64,000 bases of DNA from the IMG/VR virus record IMGVR_UViG_3300021400_005597. One strand, written 5' to 3'. Below are positions 29,714 to 38,454 of this stretch, piece by piece; the first letter of the stretch is position 1, and each line of letters starts with the position of its first letter. A program made the translations under genes and the position numbers. Origin of the DNA: an uncultured virus (IMG/VR IMGVR_UViG_3300021400_005597). Its lineage: Duplodnaviria > Heunggongvirae > Uroviricota > Caudoviricetes. The notes beneath the pieces are model-generated. The model ran no database searches. It was not told the origin of the DNA and was given only the letters and a program-made list of their open reading frames with translations.

Positions 29714-31606
29714 CTAGGCGATATTGCCTGCTATAAGTTCGTTTAAGATAGTATTTCTGTTTAAGTCTGATGTGTTACCGATTACCTTTTCTAAAATACC
29801 CGGTAAAGTAATGATGGTAACTTTTTGTTTTGCTCTTGTTACGGCTGTATAGAACATTTTTTTGGAAATAAACTCTGAATATGACGGCAGCAGTATGCAA
29901 ACATGATTATATTCACTACCCTGAGATTTATGGATTGTAATAGCATATCCTAAATCCATATCTTCCGGGTGCGTTGTTGTTACGGTTCTGTCATTATCTA
30001 TTGCTACTGTATATTCATTATTTCTCTTTTCATAGCCGGTAATCTTACCAATTTCTCCATTAAAGTAGGAATTATTTACATTTTTGCCCTTATAATAACG
30101 GGTATGCGTGAAAATTACGGTATCTCCTACTCTAAATTGGCTATTATTGCATCTTTCGGCTGAAGACATACGCTTATTTTGTATAATTCTGTTAATAATC
30201 GGTGTTGATGCAATTACATCTTCTCTTTTATAAGGGGTGATAAAGCAATCTGCATCTATATTTGAGACATAATTTAATATCTCATTTTCATTGACAGTAA
30301 GTATTTCAAATGTATCATCGCAGATAAGGTCTGTTTGCTGATTATTGATTTTTTCAGCATTCTTCGCTATTGTTCCGACAAATCTGAAACTTTCTGTTAA
30401 CTTTTCTACATAAACGCCCATCTGGATTAAGTCTCTTAAAAGGTCTCCTGCTCCTACCGATGGTAACTGATTGGTGTCGCCAACTAATATGATTTTAGTA
30501 TTGAAAATATCAACAGCGTCTAATATCATCTTAAAGATAGGAAGGTCAGCCATAGATGATTCTTCAATAATTAAGAGCCTTATATTCTTTGTTTTAAGAT
30601 AGGTCTGTTCTGTTATATCAGTAATGTGGTTATCTACATCAATATTGAGAAATTTATGCATTGTAGATACTTCAACTTCCACATCATTCATAACTTCTTT
30701 TACTCTTTTGGCTGCTCTGCCGGTTGGAGAAATAATTTGGATAGGTTTATCAGGGTAATTATCTCTAAACTGTGTTACAAGTTCTTTTAAGATAGTGGTT
30801 TTTCCCGTACCCGGTCCGCCTGTAAGAATAGCAAAACGGCCATTATGTGTAATAAGGTTCTTAATAGCATCATTCTGCTTTTGAGACAGATTTTCAGCAT
30901 AAGTATAATTGAAATTATGATAAGGAGAATTTACCTTTAAGTATTTTTTTACTGTCTGATAGATAAATTTCTCTGTTTTATATAATTCAGGAGTAGTAAT
31001 TAAAGTTGACATATTGAAATCATCAGTCTTAAAGAAGAATTCTTTATGCCAATAATTAAGATATGTTGCAACATTTCCCCTATCAAGTTCGTGTCCGTTT
31101 TTCTTAAGAAGCCTTAAAACCCTGCTTTCTAAAGTCTGATAAGAAAGCCAGGTATTGCCATGGTCTGCTGAACAGTTAAGCACATATTTTATAGCTTCTT
31201 TTATTTCGATAAGTCTTTGATTAAATGTTTTAATATTAACATTTCTATCAATAGCATTGAAATTGATATTGTTATCAGAAAAATCAAGGCTTAGTAAGAA
31301 AAATGGGTTTTCTTTGAATTTCTGAGCACAATTCATAGGATAGATTTCGATTATTCTTTTATACTGCTCATAATTAAGAAAGCTCTTTGTAAGATGAAAG
31401 AAATCCACGCATTGAATAATCTGCTGTTTTTCAAAAATATTACCCCAATAATCAACAGCACGAAGATTGCTAAAATCATCATAATCCAAAATAGTATCTT
31501 CCGGTGCATATGGGATATCTGATATGATTGGCATTAAATCATATTTGGGATATATTACGCTTTTTTTAGTTATTTCATCATATCTTATTTTATCTACTAC
31601 TATCAT
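29714..31606 (-). CDS. RecD2-like SF1 helicase
   Basis: GGPGTGKTT, SPTGRAAKR, EESSM, GDTNQLPSVGAG, YAITIHKSQGSEY, YTAVTRAK. Confidence 0.9.
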   Translation of the reverse strand: MIVVDKIRYDEITKKSVIYPKYDLMPIISDIPYAPEDTILDYDDFSNLRAVDYWGNIFEKQQIIQCVDFFHLTKSFLNYEQYKRIIEIYPMNCAQKFKENPFFLLSLDFSDNNINFNAIDRNVNIKTFNQRLIEIKEAIKYVLNCSADHGNTWLSYQTLESRVLRLLKKNGHELDRGNVATYLNYWHKEFFFKTDDFNMSTLITTPELYKTEKFIYQTVKKYLKVNSPYHNFNYTYAENLSQKQNDAIKNLITHNGRFAILTGGPGTGKTTILKELVTQFRDNYPDKPIQIISPTGRAAKRVKEVMNDVEVEVSTMHKFLNIDVDNHITDITEQTYLKTKNIRLLIIEESSMADLPIFKMILDAVDIFNTKIILVGDTNQLPSVGAGDLLRDLIQMGVYVEKLTESFRFVGTIAKNAEKINNQQTDLICDDTFEILTVNENEILNYVSNIDADCFITPYKREDVIASTPIINRIIQNKRMSSAERCNNSQFRVGDTVIFTHTRYYKGKNVNNSYFNGEIGKITGYEKRNNEYTVAIDNDRTVTTTHPEDMDLGYAITIHKSQGSEYNHVCILLPSYSEFISKKMFYTAVTRAKQKVTIITLPGILEKVIGNTSDLNRNTILNELIAGNIA

Positions 31607-31698
31607 ATTTCATAACCTCTTGGTATATATGTAAAATAAAAATACAAAAAAAAGACACAGCAAACAGCTGTATCTTTTCTTATGCTTATAAAAGGACT

Positions 31699-32436
31699 TT
31701 ATTCTAAATCATATTCGCTATTTTTGATATTCTCAATGTCCTGACGGATTTCCTGAATATTATTATCAAGCACTCTGATTTGTGTTTTATAATGGTCTTT
31801 TCTTATCATAGCACCCTCGAGACTGTCTTCAAGGGCTTCAATATCCTTTTCTGTATTGGCAGATTCAAATGACCTTGTGAGTTCTTTTAATGTACTGATA
31901 AGTTTAGGAATGGATTCGTGCGTGTATACCTCGTAAGGAATACCATATTTATGAAGCATATCCGTAATTTCCTTATCTTTTGCAATAGCTTCATCTAAGG
32001 TTTGAAGTCTGCCGGATTTCTGATAAGCGTGTGGATCTTTGTCCCTATCTATAACAAAATTAAAACTTGGATAGTTCCAAAACTGTCTGATAACACTATC
32101 TTCAAATTTCTGGTTTGGCTCTTTAAGGTAAATAGCAGAAAGCATAATAGGAGAATCTGTTACTACAACCTGCACCTGTCCCATAAGTCTTTCAACACGA
32201 TGCGTCTGCTCTGCAAATAAGACCTTTTGTCCATATAAGGAACCATTTAAGATAGATTCAGCATACTCAGATATCGACCTTCGTGGGCTATTTAAGTCAT
32301 ATACTAATTCTTTGGCATATTCTGATACATATTCGGCTAAAATACCTGCCTTTTTAAGTTCTGAACAAATTGTCCAAGCAGCAGTAGTTTTACCGGTTCC
32401 CGGGCCACCAAAAGCATTTACAACAATAGTTTTCAT
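31699..32436 (-). CDS. P-loop kinase/ATPase (NadR/AAA_28-like)
   Basis: GGPGTGKTT, EYAKE, VTDSP. Confidence 0.7.
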   Translation of the reverse strand: MKTIVVNAFGGPGTGKTTAAWTICSELKKAGILAEYVSEYAKELVYDLNSPRRSISEYAESILNGSLYGQKVLFAEQTHRVERLMGQVQVVVTDSPIMLSAIYLKEPNQKFEDSVIRQFWNYPSFNFVIDRDKDPHAYQKSGRLQTLDEAIAKDKEITDMLHKYGIPYEVYTHESIPKLISTLKELTRSFESANTEKDIEALEDSLEGAMIRKDHYKTQIRVLDNNIQEIRQDIENIKNSEYDLE

Positions 32437-32540
32437 ATCTTGCTCCTTTTTAATTTATTTAAGGATATATGTAAAAAATAATCTGTAAAATAAAAAAGCA
32501 CAGAAAATACTGTGCTTAATTATTGAAAGAAAGGACAAAA

Positions 32541-32894
32541 TCAATCGTTTAATTTGACATAAGGCATATAATCTTCTTTGTTAAAATCAATTACTACCTT
32601 AATGAACTGCATAAATCTCTGATACTGTGATTCACACTTTTCTGTACCGATTTCTTCTGGTAATACTGCATCATATACATATCCATCAAGTTTTCCACTC
32701 TCACCGGTATAGGCTGCGATAAATACAGGGATACCAAGCTCTTCTAACTTTTTTGTGAAGGCATTGATAGCAATTTTTGCTTCATGTACAGAATCAATAT
32801 TTGAAAAATCATATTTATTCATATTCTTTTTAAGCTTTTCTTCTGTATCATTCTGTGCTAAAATTTCTGGCTGCTGGTTATTTACTGATTTCAT
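32541..32894 (-). CDS. Hypothetical protein in par operon
   Basis: RBS AGGAG; terminator at about 32496-32518. Confidence 0.6.
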   Translation of the reverse strand: MKSVNNQQPEILAQNDTEEKLKKNMNKYDFSNIDSVHEAKIAINAFTKKLEELGIPVFIAAYTGESGKLDGYVYDAVLPEEIGTEKCESQYQRFMQFIKVVIDFNKEDYMPYVKLND

Positions 32895-32909
32895 AATTAT
32901 TATCTCCTT

Positions 32910-33515
32910 TTAATCTAGTAATTGTTCGAGCATTGATAATGCATCGAAATCATCGTCATTGTTACTTGTGTTATTATCTTCAAATGTAAGTGGTTTTTCA
33001 CTTTCAATAGGTAGTGGCTCATTAAAGACAGGTTTTGGCTTAACCGGTTCAGTCTGTATTGTGGACTTTATAGTATCTGCCTTTTCCTTAATTACTCTTA
33101 CCTGAGTCTTTATTTTTGCATTCCTTAATATTGGTATTACTCTTTTATCAAGGTCGAAAAACTCGGGTGAGCCTTTGAAGAAATATTTATAAAGATAAGC
33201 ACCCAGGAAATTTCTTATTGCGACCTTTACGAAATATCCTGCAGAAACATCAGATTTTAAGGAATTTAATAATTTTATTAAATCGGGATCTTTAGTTTCG
33301 CAAAATGCTAAGCGTATATCTTGTGGAGGGGTAATTTTGTATTTGCCCCTCTGTGATAAGATTTTCTTTAGGGCTTTATCATTATATTCAGACGGATCAG
33401 TAAGGGTTCTTAAACTCATTCGTATGATTTTACGAAAATTTCTTGTGCCTATATCATTTAAGAGCCCCAACAAATCAGCGTCTCTTTTGGATAAATGGAG
33501 TGTTATATATTTCAT
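32910..33515 (-). CDS. ParR-like adaptor with tandem RHH-like domains
   Basis: Overlaps parM stop; two beta-helix-helix-like units; acidic amphipathic C-terminal helix. Confidence 0.55.
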   Translation of the reverse strand: MKYITLHLSKRDADLLGLLNDIGTRNFRKIIRMSLRTLTDPSEYNDKALKKILSQRGKYKITPPQDIRLAFCETKDPDLIKLLNSLKSDVSAGYFVKVAIRNFLGAYLYKYFFKGSPEFFDLDKRVIPILRNAKIKTQVRVIKEKADTIKSTIQTEPVKPKPVFNEPLPIESEKPLTFEDNNTSNNDDDFDALSMLEQLLD

Positions 33516-34690
33516 GAATTCATTTCCTTCATTGTTTTGGCATAACGGAGCATATAATATCCGATTACATTACTGTATGCATAATTTAAGTCAGGAGTAT
33601 TATAGTTACCAGGTAATACTTTAAGGTTAGGAAGTCCAGAGAGCATTTCTTCAATCTGCTTATATCTGCTTTCACCTGTACCACCGGTTACAATAAGGTA
33701 TTTGTAATCTGTAAGGTTGGAGTATTCTTGCATAAGTCTTCTAATTGACTTTTCACAGAGTTTCTCATTTACTTTGTAAAGGATTTCTGAGAAATCAATT
33801 AAAGTGGTCTTGAATTCATCAGGATCGAAATATGGAGCTTCGCCTGTTTCAAGATACTTCTGCAACTCGAATACCTTTAATTCGATTGGATACTCGTTCT
33901 GGATTTCCTTGATTACTGACTCAAATACTGCTCTCATACCTGTATCTGAATATGTATTGTGGGAGTTCTTATAACCTGATTTGATAGCGAAGATGTCTTC
34001 TGTACCAAATCCACAGTCATAAATGATTGTTGATGATGTTAATACTGATTTACCAATATCTGATAAATCGCCATTATTATAAGCAATGGCACACAAAGTA
34101 CCTTGTGGCTGTTCCATTACATTGATATGGTCTTTATCAAGATTGAATTTGAATGTTGTCCAGTCTTTTGAACCAACTTTAATTGAAATATCGTAATCAT
34201 CGGATAAGGCTTCAATTAACTTCTGCTCGTCTCTTGCCTTATATGTTGCCGGAAGACCTGTCTGTAAAAAGATTTCATTGCCTTCTGATGTACCCCATAA
34301 ACCAAGAGCCATACCTGTTGCCATAATTACCTTAAATACATCTGAATTATAACGATAACGGGTATAGAGCGATGCGTCTGTTGTAGAATCGATATCTGAC
34401 TGGTCCATTAAAACCTCGGCTGACTCGCCTACAAGCCAGATTTCTCCGTTTTTGTTATTCCTAAACTGAATATCAGTATTCTTTACCTTGCCTACTACAT
34501 CAAGCACGGAAGGTGCCTTAATAGCAAAAGACGGGAATCTGAATATTCTTTTAGGTGATGCTCCCTTGACGCTTGAATAACCGCCATCAAGAGCAATAAT
34601 TGTCCTTGCCTTATACTGATTATTACCTAAAATCTTTGGCAAGGCTCTTTCTTTAATTTCTGATTTAGATTTAAAAATTGCTGTGTCCAT
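33512..34690 (-). CDS. ParM/StbA actin-like segregation ATPase
   Basis: ALDGGYSSVK, TGLP, EQPQG, YDCGFGT, VTGGTG. Confidence 0.88.
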   Translation of the reverse strand: MDTAIFKSKSEIKERALPKILGNNQYKARTIIALDGGYSSVKGASPKRIFRFPSFAIKAPSVLDVVGKVKNTDIQFRNNKNGEIWLVGESAEVLMDQSDIDSTTDASLYTRYRYNSDVFKVIMATGMALGLWGTSEGNEIFLQTGLPATYKARDEQKLIEALSDDYDISIKVGSKDWTTFKFNLDKDHINVMEQPQGTLCAIAYNNGDLSDIGKSVLTSSTIIYDCGFGTEDIFAIKSGYKNSHNTYSDTGMRAVFESVIKEIQNEYPIELKVFELQKYLETGEAPYFDPDEFKTTLIDFSEILYKVNEKLCEKSIRRLMQEYSNLTDYKYLIVTGGTGESRYKQIEEMLSGLPNLKVLPGNYNTPDLNYAYSNVIGYYMLRYAKTMKEMNS

Positions 34691-34798
34691 ATTTTTGTCC
34701 TTTCATAAAAATAATATGTTTTTGTTTACACTTACATATGTAAAATAAAAAATAAAAAAATTTAATCAAAAAAATAACACCCAGATGGGTGTTACTTT

Positions 34799-35098
34799 TT
34801 AATCTTCGTATGATGAACCTAATTCTGAATCTTTGTAAGTTATTTCGCCAAAATGTTCATACCATTTGTCGCAAATATCATCGCTAATTGCTTCTGTGAT
34901 TTTAAGAAGTTTATTCATTTTGTGTAATGGTATGCCTTTGTTATATTCTAGTGAAACAGTTCCGTCGCTATTAATCCAAGCTTTAGCTGATTTGTCATAT
35001 AAATCTTTTCCATAATGGACATAAACATTTTCTAATGGTTCACCTTCGCTGACATAAAAATATATCACATATCCGTCATAACTGAATATTTTGGGCAT
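34799..35098 (-). CDS. DUF4160-family protein
   Basis: MPKIFSYDGYVIYFY.SEGEP...VH...AKAWI...W.EHFG; start 35098. Confidence 0.75.
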   Translation of the reverse strand: MPKIFSYDGYVIYFYVSEGEPLENVYVHYGKDLYDKSAKAWINSDGTVSLEYNKGIPLHKMNKLLKITEAISDDICDKWYEHFGEITYKDSELGSSYED

Positions 35099-35372
35099 TT
35101 TCCATCTCCTTATCATCTTCAATCGCTATTTGAGCGAATGTACGCAACTCGGGTAATAAATTAAATAATTCTTGTTTATTATATCCTTCTACATCTGAAA
35201 ATTTTTCACTTGGATAAGTAAAAGTGAATTTATCAAAATCAATATTATTTGAATTTATTCTTTCATAATATAATTTGATAGATTCTTTCCCATTTTCAAT
35301 AAAAATTTTTGAACGGGCTATAATTAAATTTCTAATTGGGAGTTCAATAAATGATATATGATCTCTTGCCAT
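35076..35372 (-). CDS. Partner of DUF4160 (putative antitoxin)
   Basis: Overlaps DUF4160 start; extended -10 TGATATAAT upstream. Confidence 0.55.
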   Translation of the reverse strand: MARDHISFIELPIRNLIIARSKIFIENGKESIKLYYERINSNNIDFDKFTFTYPSEKFSDVEGYNKQELFNLLPELRTFAQIAIEDDKEMENAQNIQL

Positions 35373-35458
35373 AGTATTATCCTCTTTTTTTATTTAATTA
35401 TATCATATTTCTGTTCCCGCCGCACTTTATACAAGAAAATTTAGAGTCTGGGTTAGGA

Positions 35459-36142
35459 TTACTCCTTTGGATATTTCTCTCTTAACTGATTGATTTCGTC
35501 ATCTGATAATGAATTTAACAGCTCTAAATAGCTGTTTTCATCATCTTCGGTTTTACAATAGTTTGCTTTGGTCTCTTCAAAGAGCCTTTGAATAAACTCT
35601 TCTCTTGATTCATCAAAGGTTTGTGTGTTTTCTTCATCTGTAAGTGATGTATTTGATAAAGAAACATCAGCGGATTGTTCTTCAATAACCTCTTTCATAG
35701 CATTAATGCCATCAGAGGTGTCAAGCAAGAGAATTTCTTTACCATTTTCATCTGTATAAGTAAAAGTACCGAAGATTTCATAATAAGTAAAAGCCCTTAA
35801 AGCGATATAATCATCTTCTGTTAAAATGGTAGTGTCTTTGATTAAGTAATGTTCTCTAAATGTATCACCAAAGTTTTTAGCAACGAAACATCTAAAATCA
35901 TAAACATCCATTAAAGCAAGTTCATCTTTGGTTATATCCTGATATGATGGCGAATTTTCAATATCTCCTAAATCAAGGTCTGAAAAGTCGGGATTATTTA
36001 TAAAACTTACAGTTTCAGTTACGGCTGTTTGTGTTGTGGCTACATTTTCTTGTACCTTAGCACAACCAGAAACCATAAGTATGGAAGATAATACCAAAGT
36101 GGTGATTATTATTTTTTTAGCAGGTTTTCTTAATAGTTCCAT
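35459..36142 (-). CDS. Lipoprotein
   Basis: Lipobox VSGC. Confidence 0.7.
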   Translation of the reverse strand: MELLRKPAKKIIITTLVLSSILMVSGCAKVQENVATTQTAVTETVSFINNPDFSDLDLGDIENSPSYQDITKDELALMDVYDFRCFVAKNFGDTFREHYLIKDTTILTEDDYIALRAFTYYEIFGTFTYTDENGKEILLLDTSDGINAMKEVIEEQSADVSLSNTSLTDEENTQTFDESREEFIQRLFEETKANYCKTEDDENSYLELLNSLSDDEINQLREKYPKE

Positions 36143-36680
36143 AAATCATATTATCCTTTATAAAGCCATTGATGATTACATTATCTTCATTTGATAAGTC
36201 AGGGTTATTTACATATACGCAAGGGATTACATCTCTTTCCTTGATTTCGCCCCTGATACATTGATTTCTATGAATATCAATAAAGCATTTACTTGAATCT
36301 TCAATAATATTTGCGACTATACCTTCTAAAATAACCTTACTTGGTAAAGAAGAATATGGCATAAAGATGATTTTTCTCTCATTAGCCGTAAGATTATTGG
36401 TGTTTTTGGATAATACAATAAAGGAAGATGCATAAATAATGACCTGATCCTCGATTGTATATCCGATAGAACCATAGATAAATAAGATATCTCCACTCTG
36501 AACGCCTCTGGTTCTTCTTGCTTCATTGTTTTCGGAAAAGATGATTTTTACCTTTTCCTGATTAAGAACTAAATCTGAAAAGACATATCCCGTCATAATA
36601 GCTCTTGCAAAATCTGAATTTGTTGAATCTAAAATTTCGTCAATTAAGACTGTTGTTGTAATCTGATTAATGTTATCCAT
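36117..36680 (-). CDS. Divergent SSB/OB-fold-like protein
   Basis: SKVILEG...IHRN...DVIPCV resembles clostridial SSB motifs. Confidence 0.4.
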   Translation of the reverse strand: MDNINQITTTVLIDEILDSTNSDFARAIMTGYVFSDLVLNQEKVKIIFSENNEARRTRGVQSGDILFIYGSIGYTIEDQVIIYASSFIVLSKNTNNLTANERKIIFMPYSSLPSKVILEGIVANIIEDSSKCFIDIHRNQCIRGEIKERDVIPCVYVNNPDLSNEDNVIINGFIKDNMIYGTIKKTC

Positions 36681-38436
36681 ATGTTACCTCTGTTAATTTA
36701 GCTTTTAATGTATTATTTTCCCATTCACAGGACAATTCCTGTCTCTGTCCATCATTATCAATAGCAATCTTTTCAGTTCCTACCATTGATTTTGAGCAGT
36801 ATGGGTAGTCAATGAACTCTTTGGTCTGCAAAATACATACAAATTCTGATGCATTCTGGTCTTTAAGTGGAAATACAAAACAATTTGTTGGATCGCTGTG
36901 TTCACTAAATGTGAAATGTAATCCATTGTATTTATCATTAGACGGTCTGCCAAAGGACTGTTCATTGATAAGTAAGATTTTTGTGCCTTCAGCTATACTT
37001 TTACCGGTTGTATTGATAGATGCCTTGAACTTAAGGTTTTCATCAAATGAACCTCTTACAAGGAAATGGTAGTTAACTACATCAAATGTGATGAGGTTTT
37101 TGCCAAGGTCGATAGTTTCAATACTTGATTTGGTAAAGCGTTTACCATTGTATAATGCAGAGACTATAATAGGTACATTAGCATCCGGTGATGTTCTGTT
37201 TTCAAGTGGAGCAATCATAACAGAGATTTTCTCTTTATTGCCTATTCCACCCGGAATTACATAGAAATCATATACGGTGTATATAATATTATCTTTTGGA
37301 GTTGTATAAGTGCTTACTGTTTCGCCTTCATGTGCCAAGCCGGTGTTTGAGAAATTATATGCTGCTCTTTCCGGCTCAAATTCATCGTTGTTATTGTTAA
37401 TAACAACTGCCGGCTCAATTACTGTTTCAGGTGTAATACTTTGCTCTAATTTCTCGTTTCTAGGCTCATTCACATAGTCAAGCAACTTATTCTCGCTCTT
37501 TGTTTCTTCTTTGACTATTTGGGGCGCTGGGGAACTCTCAATAGGTATTTCTTCGAATTCTTCAGGTTCTGGTTCATCATAAAATGCTGAAAAGTCAATT
37601 TCTCCATCGTCATCAGTAGATTCAATAGGAAGTGGTTCACTATTTGGTTTATCTTCTACTGTTTCGGTTGTATCTTCGATATCGTAGAACTCTGAAAAGT
37701 CGATTTCATCACTATCTGTATCTGTAGTTTGTGATGTTTCGTTTATAAAAGTATTGTCTGTTAAAGGAACATCATCTATTACGAGATTATCCATATCAGG
37801 ACTTGTTACGGGCTCTTCGTAAAACTGTGAAAAATCTATTTCATCGGTTGATTCTGTAACAGCGTCAACTTCTGTAGTAGACTCCTGCAAGGTAGTATCA
37901 ACTTCGTTAGTGGACATGTCCACATCAGTAGTGGACGCTTCGTTTACTGGTTCGGATTTTATTTCTTCAACAGGCTCTGTTTTAAGTTCTTTATATTCCA
38001 TAGCCTGCTCTTTTAATGATTTAGGTACATCAGGTTCTTTATGAGTATTAAGCGAATTTAATACTGAATTAGCCGATAAACTTGCGATAACTGCTTCTTC
38101 AGATACATTATCCTTAATCTCAAAGAGATCTTCTTTAGTAACATATAAGTCTTCTTCTGTTACAAAGGAAAATAACGGAATAAAGTTCTTTGGGCAGGAA
38201 TATGTGCCATTCTCTGTATTTATGATGACGATATCGCCATCTGTTTCATAACTTAAATGGAATTCGCTGATTAAGACATCAATACAGATACCAATAATTT
38301 TGTTCATTTTATTGATAAGTTCCTGATTTTCAGGAGACAGACTCTTACCAAACATAAGAGCCTGACTATTTTTTGAAAAGATATCCTGATTGACGCTAAA
38401 CGCTTTTTCAATGATTTCTTCGTAAGGTGTTTTCAT
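36673..38436 (-). CDS. Acidic protein with three EIDFSxFY repeats
   Basis: Low-complexity acidic linker; directly downstream of virD4. Confidence 0.7.
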   Translation of the reverse strand: MKTPYEEIIEKAFSVNQDIFSKNSQALMFGKSLSPENQELINKMNKIIGICIDVLISEFHLSYETDGDIVIINTENGTYSCPKNFIPLFSFVTEEDLYVTKEDLFEIKDNVSEEAVIASLSANSVLNSLNTHKEPDVPKSLKEQAMEYKELKTEPVEEIKSEPVNEASTTDVDMSTNEVDTTLQESTTEVDAVTESTDEIDFSQFYEEPVTSPDMDNLVIDDVPLTDNTFINETSQTTDTDSDEIDFSEFYDIEDTTETVEDKPNSEPLPIESTDDDGEIDFSAFYDEPEPEEFEEIPIESSPAPQIVKEETKSENKLLDYVNEPRNEKLEQSITPETVIEPAVVINNNNDEFEPERAAYNFSNTGLAHEGETVSTYTTPKDNIIYTVYDFYVIPGGIGNKEKISVMIAPLENRTSPDANVPIIVSALYNGKRFTKSSIETIDLGKNLITFDVVNYHFLVRGSFDENLKFKASINTTGKSIAEGTKILLINEQSFGRPSNDKYNGLHFTFSEHSDPTNCFVFPLKDQNASEFVCILQTKEFIDYPYCSKSMVGTEKIAIDNDGQRQELSCEWENNTLKAKLTEVTYG

Positions 38437-38454
38437 TAGTTTTATGTCCTTTCA

